A stretch of DNA of 64,000 bases, taken from Candidatus Heimdallarchaeota archaeon. Its GTDB lineage: Archaea > Asgardarchaeota > Heimdallarchaeia > Hodarchaeales > Hodarchaeaceae. The stretch lies in the NCBI GenBank assembly GCA_048881705.1, contig JBHLSH010000003.1:1-64000 (forward strand). The letters are read 5' to 3'. Position 1 is the first letter of the stretch, and the number at the start of each line of letters is the position of its first letter. Made by a program: the position numbers and the translations under genes. A model generated the notes under the pieces. That model ran no database searches, was not told the origin of the DNA, and saw nothing but the letters and a program-made list of their open reading frames with translations. Shown here one piece after another: positions 18,851 to 29,462 of the stretch.

Positions 18851-21280
18851 ATGACCACATTATTTACTGCCAATGACTTTTTAATCGGCTTACTTCTAAT
18901 TGGGTTAACTTTTTTCATTATAATAGCTTTAACTACCTATTCATTAATTCAAGTGGTTTTTTATGGGAGAAAGCGCTTTATTATCGGGACTGATGGTAAA
19001 GGCCCCGATGCGGTTCTGTCTGGTGCTGATCTATCACGGGATATGACTGTTACACAGGCCACAATGACTGGAGTGGGAGCAATGATAGGAGCAGGGATCT
19101 TTGTATTGACTGGAATTGCTGCTGGGATTGCAGGACCAGGCCTACTTGTTGCTTTTGCCTTTAATGGGCTTATTGCAACGCTGATTGCAATGGTTTATGC
19201 TGAATTAGGATCTGCCATGCCTGAAGCTGGTGGGGGTTACGTTTGGGCCAGAGCTGGTCTGGGAGAAACCCAAGGGTTCTTCTCGGGTTGGATGAGCTGG
19301 TTCGCTGCAGCTGTTGCGGGCTCGCTTTATGCATTGGGATTTTCTGCTTATATTATTGCTCTCCTAGACGGTATAGGTGTTCATTTTCCAATGGAATGGC
19401 TTCCAATAATTAGTAAATTGATCGCGGTGTTGGCGATTCTTGCGTTTTTGATGATTAACGTTGGTGGATCCTCCATAATGGGAAAAGCTGAAACCTGGAT
19501 TTCTGGCGCAAAAATTCTCATTTTAGGTTTCTTTATTGTAACGGGAATCTTGATTATGATCTGGAATCCAGTTCAAACTAGTTCTAATTTCGTCGATTTC
19601 TTTCCTCAAGGCTTCTTCTCAATTTTTGTAGCGATGGGTTTTACTTTCATTGCCTTTGAGGGTTATGAAGTTGTCACTCAGACGGGGGAGGAGATCTACG
19701 ATCCTAAAGTTAGTATTCCTAAATCCGTAATTCTTTCTGTACTACTGGTTATTCCTATCTACTTATTAGTGGGAGCCGTTTCATTGGGTGCGTTCACAGC
19801 GGAGGGCCAGACAACTTGGGAATTTCTTGCCGAACATGAGGAATTAGGGCTTCTTTTTGCAGCAGAACAGATGATTCCAGGACTTGGTCTTCTTGTTATT
19901 CTTATAGGTGGAATTTTATCGACCCTGTCCGCCTTGAACGCGGCTCTCTATTCTTCGACCCGCGTGGCTTTCGCTTTAGGCAGAGATGGTTCATTACCTA
20001 CAAGTTTTGCTTCTGTGTCCGATAAACGTCGAACCCCCGTAGTATCCATTAGAATAACGGGGATCGTGGTGATTATAATGGCCATTGCGATTCCGATTGA
20101 AGCGGTCGCAGCTGCAGCTGATTTGATGTTTATGCTGCTATTCCTTCAGGTTCTAATTGCCGCTGTGATAATCCGCCGTAAAATCCGGACAAGCGATGCT
20201 CAACTCGATTATGGATATCAAACACCATTGTTCCCTTTGATCCCCATATTGGGAGCTGTGGCGCTTGTTATACTGTTTTTATTTACCCTCTCAATCCATA
20301 TCGAAGCTTCGCTAGTTACGGCGATTTGGTTGTTTACTGGATTGGTCGTATATCTTGGTTATTCGAAATACCGCGCTCCCGCACGTCTTTCCTCGAAGCT
20401 AGAAAAGCATGCCCGTCCACGTTTAGAACATCTTCCAGAGCAGTTTTTCACAACGGTTTTGGAAAACATACTTGTCCCTTTAAGGGGAAAACCATTTGAG
20501 TGGGACGCTATACGAATCGCTATTCACATCGCGCATGAGTATGGAGCGAAAGTGACTCTTTACCATTTCGGTTCTGAACCGGAGGGGAGTTTTTCTCCAT
20601 TCATTGATCAGTTTAAACTATTTGGTGTTGCCCATGAACTGAAAATGGTCTCCCCCAATCGAGATAATCCCTCTCCCAGAGATATAATTCAACATCTTAT
20701 CGAGGTTGGAAGTACGGGAAAATATCAACTAGCAATTCTCCCTTCAAATCGGAGGCGCAAATTCTGGGAAGTGTCCATCTCTAAAAACGCAATTAGAAAA
20801 ATGCCCATCCCAGGTTTGCAGGTTTTTCCTGGAAAAGAGGAAACATGGGGAAAAAAATTGACATTCGAACATGTCGGAGCCCTTATACCTGGTACTGCAC
20901 GGGATTTGTTCTTACTTCAGCTTGGAATAGCTATTGTATCATCTACACGAGTGGCCGACCTCGTAGCTTATCATTGGACTAATGTTCCTAATTTAATTAC
21001 TCCCAGAGCCTTATCCGAAGCGCCTGGAGTGCGTGAAGATACTGCGATATTTTTGCACAATATTGGAGAAGCATTAAGAATGGGGATACCGATACAACAG
21101 CGGCACGTCCTTGGACACGATTTTGTGAGAAGTATTGGAGAAATTGTGGCAGAAGACAACCTGGATTGCCTTGTTATAGGCTACGGACGGCCTAGACTCG
21201 CTCCTCGCCCTTCCATCAGGTTAGCTAGAAAAATCAGCTGTACAACAATAGTATTCCATGGCCGTCCTCCCACATCATGA
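18851..21280 (+). CDS. APC-family amino acid permease fused to C-terminal USP-like domains
   Basis: GAMIGAGIFVL, YAELGSAMPEAGGGY, AFEGYE, SSTRVAFALGRDG, YQTPLFP; soluble tail with ILVPL and DCLVIG USP-like strands. ATG 18851 is preferred over TTG 18803. Confidence 0.88.
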   Translation: MTTLFTANDFLIGLLLIGLTFFIIIALTTYSLIQVVFYGRKRFIIGTDGKGPDAVLSGADLSRDMTVTQATMTGVGAMIGAGIFVLTGIAAGIAGPGLLVAFAFNGLIATLIAMVYAELGSAMPEAGGGYVWARAGLGETQGFFSGWMSWFAAAVAGSLYALGFSAYIIALLDGIGVHFPMEWLPIISKLIAVLAILAFLMINVGGSSIMGKAETWISGAKILILGFFIVTGILIMIWNPVQTSSNFVDFFPQGFFSIFVAMGFTFIAFEGYEVVTQTGEEIYDPKVSIPKSVILSVLLVIPIYLLVGAVSLGAFTAEGQTTWEFLAEHEELGLLFAAEQMIPGLGLLVILIGGILSTLSALNAALYSSTRVAFALGRDGSLPTSFASVSDKRRTPVVSIRITGIVVIIMAIAIPIEAVAAAADLMFMLLFLQVLIAAVIIRRKIRTSDAQLDYGYQTPLFPLIPILGAVALVILFLFTLSIHIEASLVTAIWLFTGLVVYLGYSKYRAPARLSSKLEKHARPRLEHLPEQFFTTVLENILVPLRGKPFEWDAIRIAIHIAHEYGAKVTLYHFGSEPEGSFSPFIDQFKLFGVAHELKMVSPNRDNPSPRDIIQHLIEVGSTGKYQLAILPSNRRRKFWEVSISKNAIRKMPIPGLQVFPGKEETWGKKLTFEHVGALIPGTARDLFLLQLGIAIVSSTRVADLVAYHWTNVPNLITPRALSEAPGVREDTAIFLHNIGEALRMGIPIQQRHVLGHDFVRSIGEIVAEDNLDCLVIGYGRPRLAPRPSIRLARKISCTTIVFHGRPPTS

Positions 21281-21345
21281 GGTAATCATGTGTTCTCATC
21301 AAAAAGAGAGAAATTAACCATCCTGTAGGCAATTCGAGAATTGTT

Positions 21346-23148
21346 ATGAATAGGCAAGTAATTACCAAAAGAAGTGTAACGGAATTGACGGCTGGAAAGA
21401 TCGTCCCTGAGCTCGAAAATTTATTAGCTATCGTTCAGGAGCTAATGAAGTACGAGAATAGGATTGCAGGAACAGAACAGATAAAGAATGCCAGTAGGTA
21501 CATCAGCGAATTCTTGAATAGTTTCACAGAAATCAAAGTTTGGATAGATCAATTTCCAATTTATACTAGTTTTCCTATTTCATCTGATCTCTCGATCCTA
21601 ACTCCCGTTAAAAAGAATCTGAACAGTTTTCCAAATGGATATTCACGATCTAGCCCTCCTGAAGGTATTACAGGAGAGCTTGTTTATGTTGGTTCCGGTA
21701 GCAGCGCTGATTATGAGAATAAGGATGTAAGAGGTAAGATAATACTTGCAGATCTATCCTATGCGCCACCCAGACCAGAAAAAGCCGGAATTGCCTTAGA
21801 CAAGGGGGTTAATGCTATGATCCTTTCCAATTGGGGCCAAAAGGATAATCAAATCGTTGGAAGAGGAGCAATCAAACATCGGTGGGGCCCACTGGTTCCT
21901 GAGGATGTTTCTCTTATCCCACGGATTGCATCTATAAATATTGCTCGTAAGGACGCGGAAGAACTAAAATCGATCCTTAAAATGCAACAAGTTACATGCA
22001 ACCTGAAATGTAAGGTAGAAGAAAAATGGGTTACCTCACACCAACCAACGTGCAGAATCTCGCCAACTCATCCGAAATATGACGAGGTGCTGGTGGTTGG
22101 AGCTCATCTTGAAGCTTGGGGGGGAACAGTTACTGATAATTCCACTGGAAATGCCATCGTGATGGAAATTGCACGTGCTCTAAGCGATACTAGGGATAAA
22201 ATTAATCGTGAGGTTATAATGTCCTTTTGGGATGGCCATGAAATAGGAGAGGCTGCAGGGTCAGGATGGTTTGTTGATCACTACTGGCCGGAACTCTCAG
22301 ACCGCGGATTGGGGTACATTAATATTGACGGATGTGGAATGATCGGAACTAGCGATTTTGTTTCTTATTCGTCTCCCGAAACTTGGTCTTTTCTCGATGA
22401 AATCGAAAAAGGATTCCTTGGCACACCCTCCACGAAAAAGCTTCCTCTTAAGATAGGGGACAATTCTTTCTTGGGGATTGGTATCCCCTATATCTTCACT
22501 TTCGCAACATACCCGCAGCAAGAATTAGAAAGGCTTGGTAATGCCATTTTCGGATGGTGGTATCATAGTGAAGAAGATACATGGGATAAACTTGATCCAG
22601 AGCTTCTTGATCTCCATGCACAACTCTATTATGAATACGTTCTCAGGCTAGTGACGATACCCGTCGTTCCTTGGAATTACGAGGCCTATACTTCATACCT
22701 GATCAAGGATGTGGAATTGGTCAAAAAAAGGTATCCAGAACATCCATTTCCCGATTTGCTTTCACTGGTTAAGCGGAAATTGAAAACCTTGCTTGAAAAA
22801 ACTATTGAACTCAATGAACTTGTCTCTCCCCTGTCAATGGATGGTCTTTCTGACATAACGGCCAAAGAGAAGAAGTTAATTAGCGTGGTTAATAAGATTA
22901 TTTTGCGCCTTGGAAGAATATTGAATCCAGCTTTTCGGAGTGTCTCTGGAAAATATAGACATGACCCTTACGGATTCAGTGATCTAGCCTTACCCTTGCC
23001 TCGAGTGACTTCTATACTCAATCAAATCACAACACTTGAACCGACCGATGAACAGAATAGCAGCCTATTATTTCAGCTAAGACGTGAGTACAATACCTTA
23101 TACGAGGCAATTTCAAATGCAATCTATCTAATTGAAAGTGCAGTCTAG
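21346..23148 (+). CDS. M28-family metallopeptidase with PA domain
   Basis: PA insert (GELVYVGSG...DVRGKIIL), GAHLEAW, DNSTG, WDGHEIG, YINIDG, WYHSEEDT. Confidence 0.82.
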   Translation: MNRQVITKRSVTELTAGKIVPELENLLAIVQELMKYENRIAGTEQIKNASRYISEFLNSFTEIKVWIDQFPIYTSFPISSDLSILTPVKKNLNSFPNGYSRSSPPEGITGELVYVGSGSSADYENKDVRGKIILADLSYAPPRPEKAGIALDKGVNAMILSNWGQKDNQIVGRGAIKHRWGPLVPEDVSLIPRIASINIARKDAEELKSILKMQQVTCNLKCKVEEKWVTSHQPTCRISPTHPKYDEVLVVGAHLEAWGGTVTDNSTGNAIVMEIARALSDTRDKINREVIMSFWDGHEIGEAAGSGWFVDHYWPELSDRGLGYINIDGCGMIGTSDFVSYSSPETWSFLDEIEKGFLGTPSTKKLPLKIGDNSFLGIGIPYIFTFATYPQQELERLGNAIFGWWYHSEEDTWDKLDPELLDLHAQLYYEYVLRLVTIPVVPWNYEAYTSYLIKDVELVKKRYPEHPFPDLLSLVKRKLKTLLEKTIELNELVSPLSMDGLSDITAKEKKLISVVNKIILRLGRILNPAFRSVSGKYRHDPYGFSDLALPLPRVTSILNQITTLEPTDEQNSSLLFQLRREYNTLYEAISNAIYLIESAV

Positions 23149-24182
23149 GGCCTATTATGTTCCTCAATGTAGTCAGAAACCTGGACAATCGTCTTACCTT
23201 GATTAGATCCATCAAATATCTTTCTAAGGGCCAGAGGAGCGCTTTCCAACCCCTTAATTACTTCTTCTCTATATTTAATTAGCCCATCCTGATGCCAGCT
23301 CGCTAGATCTCTAAATGCCCTCTCTGATCTATTGAAATAATCTGTAACGATGAACCCTCGTACTGTGGCGCGTTTAAAAAGCACATTTCCAAAGTAAGAA
23401 AAATCAAAACTGGGCCTTTTATCATTATACTGAGATATGAACCCACAGATTACGACTCTTGCATTCTTATTGAGATTTGCAAAAAAGGAATCTAATACAG
23501 GACCCCCGACATTATCGAAGAAAATATCAATTCCATTGGGGCATAATTCTCGGAGACGCTTTCGTACATTCTCCGTCTTATAATTGATAGCTTTGTCAAA
23601 TCCCAGTCCATCTGTAATCCAACGACATTTCTCTTCTGTTCCAGTTATTCCAATCACTCGACACCCCATAATTTTACCAATCTGTCCCACAAGGGAACCA
23701 ACAGCACCGGCACCTGCTGAGACTGCAAGGATTTCATTCCTTTGCGGCTTGCCAATATCTAGTAAACCAAAATAAGCAGTTAATCCTATCATACCGAAAA
23801 TACTTAGGTAGGCTGTAAGTGGAATATTCTTCATAGGGGAAATTTTTGTAAATCCAGTTCCATCACTTATGAGATATCTTTGCCATCCAACTAATCCATT
23901 CACAATATCTCCTTTATGAAACTTAGAGTTTGTACTTGCCTCAATCACTCCTAGACCGATTCCGCGCACCACATCGCCAATCTTAATGGGAGACACATAT
24001 GTTCTTTCGGGCCTCATCCAACCCCGAATAGCTGGATCAATGGAGAGATAGATGTTTCGAATCAATATCTCGCCCGATTTTATTTCTGGAACGGCCTCTT
24101 CAGTCCATTCTAAGTCGGAATCCCTTACAGTGTTCTCAGGGCGTTTTAGCAACCGCCACTGCTGATTAATTAAATTGGACAT
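23145..24182 (-). CDS. NADP-dependent oxidoreductase (prostaglandin reductase/CurA-like MDR family)
   Basis: YLSIDPAIRGWM, GMIGLTAYFGLL, VSAGAGAVGS, FFDNVGG, CGFISQYN, GSNQGKTIV. Confidence 0.92.
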   Translation of the reverse strand: MSNLINQQWRLLKRPENTVRDSDLEWTEEAVPEIKSGEILIRNIYLSIDPAIRGWMRPERTYVSPIKIGDVVRGIGLGVIEASTNSKFHKGDIVNGLVGWQRYLISDGTGFTKISPMKNIPLTAYLSIFGMIGLTAYFGLLDIGKPQRNEILAVSAGAGAVGSLVGQIGKIMGCRVIGITGTEEKCRWITDGLGFDKAINYKTENVRKRLRELCPNGIDIFFDNVGGPVLDSFFANLNKNARVVICGFISQYNDKRPSFDFSYFGNVLFKRATVRGFIVTDYFNRSERAFRDLASWHQDGLIKYREEVIKGLESAPLALRKIFDGSNQGKTIVQVSDYIEEHNRP

Positions 24183-24352
24183 AGTTCAATTCTCCAAAAA
24201 GAAACCTCTTGGACTTCTACAATTTCATAGCTTACGATCAGATCCAGTTTCTGCTTAATATCGGATTTGAATAATAAACTCTTTTATCATGATTATTGTC
24301 AAAATCATTTATTATAGGTGAAAACTGATATCCATTGAAGGTGTGAGGATGC

Positions 24353-25219
24353 ATGAAGTTTTTTCTATCTGGATTAGGTAACTGGTACAATGATTTTAAC
24401 CTGGTTAGTAAAGCAATTTTAACAGCCGATAAGTTAGATTACGATGGGGCTTTAATTCCAGATCACTATATGTGGGGTACAACAGAATGGTTGAAACGTC
24501 CTGATAGCAACGTGACCATGGAATCTTGGATTACCATTACTCACCTCTTAGCCAAAACCGAGCAGATCCGTCTTGGTACTCTCGTAACACCAATTCCATT
24601 TCGGCCGCCAGGTATGCTGGCGAAGATGGTGTCTACTCTGGACGTTTTGTCAAATGGCCGTGTAATAGTTGGTATTGGCGCTGGGTGGTCCCAAGTTGAG
24701 TTTGATGCTTTCAGTGAATGGAACGAGCCCCGAACAAGGGTAGATAAAACAAAAGAAGGGCTTGAATTAATGATCCAACTCTGGACACAAGATGAAGTGA
24801 CATTCGAGGGTAAGTACTACAGAGCACATGGAGCGATTGTAGAGCCTAAACCCATTCAGAAACCGTATCCCAAACTCCTTTTCGGAGGAAGAGGTGATCG
24901 AATGCTGAAACTTGCAGCTAAGTACGCTGATATCTGTTTTGTTCCCTCCTTTCAAGGAACTGACAACCTAGAAGAACGAAGGCAAATTGTAATAAATGCA
25001 GCAAAACACCATAATAGAGAGAAAGACATCGGGTTTATGGATGGTTCTATGAGGGGAATATTGTCTAAAGGCTCCTTTGATACTTCGAACGTGTCGAAGC
25101 TGGTAGATAATGCAAGTGAAGCTGGTATGGAATACTTTTTGGTCTCGATATCTCGTACTGAAAGCTTCCTTGAAAACATTGAATCCTTTGCAAGTGATGT
25201 TATTCCTTCTTATCGCTAA
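24353..25219 (+). CDS. LLM-class (luciferase-like, flavin/F420-dependent) oxidoreductase
   Basis: IPDHY, ESW, RLGTLVTPIPFRPP, LDVLSNGR..GIGAGW, PKPIQKPYP.LLFGG. Confidence 0.9.
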   Translation: MKFFLSGLGNWYNDFNLVSKAILTADKLDYDGALIPDHYMWGTTEWLKRPDSNVTMESWITITHLLAKTEQIRLGTLVTPIPFRPPGMLAKMVSTLDVLSNGRVIVGIGAGWSQVEFDAFSEWNEPRTRVDKTKEGLELMIQLWTQDEVTFEGKYYRAHGAIVEPKPIQKPYPKLLFGGRGDRMLKLAAKYADICFVPSFQGTDNLEERRQIVINAAKHHNREKDIGFMDGSMRGILSKGSFDTSNVSKLVDNASEAGMEYFLVSISRTESFLENIESFASDVIPSYR

Positions 25220-25389
25220 ATGACAAGAGCTCGCTGTTGAGTCAAAATCCGTCATGATTCCAAATCCAATCGGATTCTAAAAAATGCTATGCGGTATTAA
25301 CACCTTTCTAAGTAACTCTGGAATTTCCCATTTCGATCAAGATATATACATTATCGGAAAAAATTCTCTCTTAATGGACGGTTGTCTCC

Positions 25390-26745
25390 TTGCCTCGTAT
25401 AAAGAGAGCATCAATCAATAAAATTCAGTTGCTGGCAATTTTAGGTCTCTTATTGCTAGTTATAGCGGGTTCGTTACAGGGAAAGGCAAACCAATCTAAT
25501 GATGCCATTCCCAAATCAAATCAGACCCCCTTATCGGTTATTCTCATGATAGGAGACGGAATGGGATTCCAGCATGTAAACCTGGCCCGTTGGATCGAAA
25601 AGGGAATAAATGGGGTTCTCGATATGGAAACTCTACCAGTTCAACTAAATGTAACCACTCGAAGCGCTAATTCTGCTGTCACGGATAGTGCAGCCGCAGC
25701 TACTGCAATTGCGACTGGTAATAAGACATCAAATGGTGTTTTATCACGTTTACCTGATGGTCAAGATCTCACGACTATTTTGGAACTTGCTCATACACAT
25801 AACAAGTCAACAGGTATTCTAACCACGACTGAAATATTTCATGCCACCCCTGCCGCGTTTTATAGCCACACAAGCTCACGTAGTTCAACTTCTGAAATAG
25901 TTGATCAGCTAACTCAAAATATGTTGGTGGACGTGATCTTGGGAGGTGGAGCCAACGCATTCTCTTCCGCTGCAATCACAAATATGAAGCAAGCTGGATA
26001 CACGTATGTTACCAATCGAACTGACCTGGAAACGGTATCTGGCGGGAAAATCCTTGGATTATTTTCTCCAGATTCTATCCCCTATGAACAGGATCGGGAT
26101 CCGCTTTCTACTCCTAGGCTCGCAGAACTTGCCAGTAAATCCTTAGAGATCCTAGGACAAGATAAAGATGGATTTTTCCTGATGATTGAAGGGGGAAAAA
26201 TCGATTGGGGGGCTCATTATAACAATAAACTCAACACCGCGTTGGAAGCCATTGAATTTGATCGCGCAGTAGGCGTAGCAAAGAAATTTGTCGAAACTCG
26301 AAAGGATCAAGACATTTTGTTGATTATAACAGCTGATCACGAAACGGGAGGGCTTTCAGTTAACAGCGGAACCTTGAATGATACTTTACCATCGGAGAAC
26401 AATACCTATTCGAAAAATAAAGCACTTAGAGTCGAAAGAATCCAAAATGTTACTGTTTCCTGGACCACAAATGGCCACACTGACCGAGAGGTGCCTTTTT
26501 ACGGATCCGGAAGTGTTCTTTCCCAAATAAATCAAAGCATCATCGATAATACAGATATTTTCAGAATTATGAGAGCTCACCTTTATTCTACGGAATTGAA
26601 TCCTGATTCATATATCTCCAATCCATCTTCAACGACCCAAACAAATCTGTCCACCCCATGGAGCAACTTTGGAGTAATTCTTTCTGCGGCGGCCATTTAT
26701 CTGATAAGCGTAATTCGTAGAACCCTTCGATCTCAAATTAAATAA
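25390..26745 (+). CDS. Alkaline phosphatase, secreted and C-terminally membrane-anchored
   Basis: N-terminal hydrophobic signal; IGDGMG, TDSAAAATA (catalytic Ser), HATPAAF, EGGKIDWGAH, TADHETGG, GHT; Ser/Thr-rich linker, TM helix and basic tail. TTG start. Confidence 0.92.
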   Translation: MPRIKRASINKIQLLAILGLLLLVIAGSLQGKANQSNDAIPKSNQTPLSVILMIGDGMGFQHVNLARWIEKGINGVLDMETLPVQLNVTTRSANSAVTDSAAAATAIATGNKTSNGVLSRLPDGQDLTTILELAHTHNKSTGILTTTEIFHATPAAFYSHTSSRSSTSEIVDQLTQNMLVDVILGGGANAFSSAAITNMKQAGYTYVTNRTDLETVSGGKILGLFSPDSIPYEQDRDPLSTPRLAELASKSLEILGQDKDGFFLMIEGGKIDWGAHYNNKLNTALEAIEFDRAVGVAKKFVETRKDQDILLIITADHETGGLSVNSGTLNDTLPSENNTYSKNKALRVERIQNVTVSWTTNGHTDREVPFYGSGSVLSQINQSIIDNTDIFRIMRAHLYSTELNPDSYISNPSSTTQTNLSTPWSNFGVILSAAAIYLISVIRRTLRSQIK

Positions 26746-26817
26746 GAGACACCAAGCAAGATGGATCAGGAAATAACTTCTGATGTGAGAAAAGATGAGA
26801 GAAGGGAGATGGAGGTT

Positions 26818-28104
26818 CTAATTGACTCTTTCAACCACAGTGGCTATTCCTACGCCTCCGCCCCCGCAGAGAGTCTGAATTCCATATCTCTTGTTTTCAT
26901 TAACGAGATAATGAACCATGTTTGTAAAGAACTGAACCCCCGAAGAACCTATCGGGTGACCAATCGCAATGGCACCGCCATAGGGATTCACTCTAGGGTC
27001 GTCAAAAGGATAGTCGAAATGTTTGGCGAATGCAAGACACGGGGATGCAAAAGCTTCATTCGGTTCAATACAATCCATATCTGACATTGTTAAATCTCCT
27101 GCACGTTTGAGAGCACGTTCCTGGGCTGGAATCGGCCCCGTTAGCATGAGCATCGGATCATCACCAGCTACAGCTGTTGATAATACTCTCGCCATAGGTT
27201 TCAAACCCAGCTCCTCAGCCTTCTCGCGGGCCATTAGCATCACTGCCGATGCACCATCCGATATTTGAGAAGAATTACCTGCGGTAACACGTCCATCGGA
27301 CTTGAATACAGGCTGTAGGCTTTTCATTTGCTCCCAAGCAGTATCAGGATCATCCAGTGCAATTTGTCTCACTGTTTGATCTTCTTTTACCAACCTCGTT
27401 TCAAATTCTCCATCCTGCTTTTCAATTTTAACCTCAAATGGGATTACACGTTTTTCATACTCTTTCTTATTGCGCATCGCCTTTGTGGCCTTCTGATGAG
27501 ACCATAAACCAAAGTGATCCATTTCCTCTCTGGAAAGTTCGTATTTTTCAGCAACAAGTTCGGCGGAAATCCCCTGAACGAAGCTCATCCTATCTTGGAG
27601 ATCAGCCATACGCGATTCTGAGACATGAGAATAAATATTCTGGACATCAATGAATGTTCCGAGTTGAAAATCTATTCCCATGGGATAATGTGTTAAATTT
27701 TCAACCCCTGCAGCTATCATAATGTCGCCATCTCCCACCTTGACGGCATTGACACAGGTATTGATGGCTTGAAGTCCTGCGTTGCAATATCGGTTTACTG
27801 TTGCTCCAGCGACTATATCGGGGATATTTTTCGCCATTATCGCTGCAATTCGTCCAATGTTCGCTCCCTGATCTCCTATTTGCGTAAGGACTCCCACGTG
27901 TACATCTTCAATTTCGTGTGCATCGAATTGAGACGATTTTTCCTGAACCCGATCAACTAATGACTCCAGAACCCCAGATAGCATGTCTTGCGAAGAAACA
28001 TTCCTATAATAGCCTCCGTATTTTGTCATTTGGGCCCTAGAGGATTTTCCTATTGGTAACCTGATGGCGTCGACAACCACAACCTCACGTACTTCCTTGA
28101 CCAT
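26818..28104 (-). CDS. Thiolase (acetyl-CoA C-acyltransferase)
   Basis: VNRYCNAG (catalytic Cys), TAGNSSQISDGA, EPNEAFA, GHPIG, TLCGGGG. Confidence 0.96.
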   Translation of the reverse strand: MVKEVREVVVVDAIRLPIGKSSRAQMTKYGGYYRNVSSQDMLSGVLESLVDRVQEKSSQFDAHEIEDVHVGVLTQIGDQGANIGRIAAIMAKNIPDIVAGATVNRYCNAGLQAINTCVNAVKVGDGDIMIAAGVENLTHYPMGIDFQLGTFIDVQNIYSHVSESRMADLQDRMSFVQGISAELVAEKYELSREEMDHFGLWSHQKATKAMRNKKEYEKRVIPFEVKIEKQDGEFETRLVKEDQTVRQIALDDPDTAWEQMKSLQPVFKSDGRVTAGNSSQISDGASAVMLMAREKAEELGLKPMARVLSTAVAGDDPMLMLTGPIPAQERALKRAGDLTMSDMDCIEPNEAFASPCLAFAKHFDYPFDDPRVNPYGGAIAIGHPIGSSGVQFFTNMVHYLVNENKRYGIQTLCGGGGVGIATVVERVN

Positions 28105-28297
28105 TGGTTTCTCACCTTTTCCTAATATAAAACCGTATTATTCAATGGTGTCATTCATAGAATTTATAACAATTATCTTAAGAATCTATAGAAGCAAGAG
28201 AAATTCAAGTCACAACAAGGATACTTAATATCTAATTGTCAAAGGCCATATTTCCAAAACGTTCTTCGTTTTACAGTCCTATGGATTTAGAGAAAAA

Positions 28298-29320
28298 ATG
28301 GTATTACTGGAATTAAAAAGGGCCCAGAGAATTTTAAAAGGCCATAATATCACTGTCCTGCCTGATTTCTTTCTCGATGTAATAGTGGATCCAAACATGA
28401 GCTACGGGGACTTAAGGGAAGGGATTCACGAGATATATGAGCGAGGGGGAGGGAATCTATTAGGTCCCAGGATCAAATATGTGTTTGGAGGCAATGGCGG
28501 AAATGTGGCAAAGACTCTAGGTGGACTAGGCGCCCAAACAACTTTCTTCACCAAAACCTCTGTGCTCGGGAAAATTCTGGTTGAGCACTTTCTTCATCCG
28601 CTCGGTGTGTCCACATATATTGACTCGACCGGCGATCTGGCCAGTTCGGTTGTCTTGGAGATCCCTGATGGCGGTCAAAAACGCAACGTCATGCTATCAT
28701 GGGGAGGAAGTGTTACCCAGTTCTCTGGCCGAGAGCTGAGTGAACATCAATGGGATATACTACGAACGAGTCGCCTAATAGCAATAACAAATGCGCAAAA
28801 TCAGCAGCTGGAAAGGTTGATTGAGAAAATCCTCTCCGAAGTTCCTCCCAGCACAGGAGTATCTGTAGATTTCTCTGATCTTTCCCCACATCTCCACAGA
28901 GTAAAGGGATTTCGAGAACATTTATTGGACCATCCCGTTAGGCCTCCATCTTGGGTTATGGGGAACGAAACAGAAATTGGTATACTCGCCCAACTACCAT
29001 CTGCACCAGCAGAAACCGGAATCCAAAGCCTTTCTTCAGAGTTTCCAGAAACAAAGTTTGCCCTCCACACCTCTAAAGAAGCACAGCTCTGGTCGGACGG
29101 AGAAATGATGGCCAAAGTTCCGTGTTATAGGATTACTGTCCTTGGGGCTACTGGTGCAGGGGATGCCTGGCACGCGGGGTTCCTATTAGGAATAAGTTTA
29201 CAGTTAACACACGAAGAGGTATTGAAGATGGCAAATGCAACAGCAGCATTTCAGATTTCCACTGGAAAAATTGGTACATTGGCTCAAGTGCTTCAATTTA
29301 TCCAGAAAACTGCTTTCTAG
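28298..29320 (+). CDS. PfkB/ribokinase-family carbohydrate kinase
   Basis: GGNGGNVA, NETE, anion-hole motif GATGAGDAW. Confidence 0.85.
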   Translation: MVLLELKRAQRILKGHNITVLPDFFLDVIVDPNMSYGDLREGIHEIYERGGGNLLGPRIKYVFGGNGGNVAKTLGGLGAQTTFFTKTSVLGKILVEHFLHPLGVSTYIDSTGDLASSVVLEIPDGGQKRNVMLSWGGSVTQFSGRELSEHQWDILRTSRLIAITNAQNQQLERLIEKILSEVPPSTGVSVDFSDLSPHLHRVKGFREHLLDHPVRPPSWVMGNETEIGILAQLPSAPAETGIQSLSSEFPETKFALHTSKEAQLWSDGEMMAKVPCYRITVLGATGAGDAWHAGFLLGISLQLTHEEVLKMANATAAFQISTGKIGTLAQVLQFIQKTAF

Positions 29321-29462
29321 CCGAAAAAAGACTTCTTTTCAAAGTAAACTGGATTCAATCCCTAACCCATATTAACAATACAGTTTATATTGGGGGGAGT
29401 TTTATTGCAAAATAACTGATTTCAAGGATTTTCATCGTTCTGATCAAAGGAATGTCAACGAA

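Noticed and set aside
26761-27084. 107-aa plus-strand ORF after alkaline phosphatase
   Set aside because: Mostly antisense to the thiolase and has no recognisable motif.
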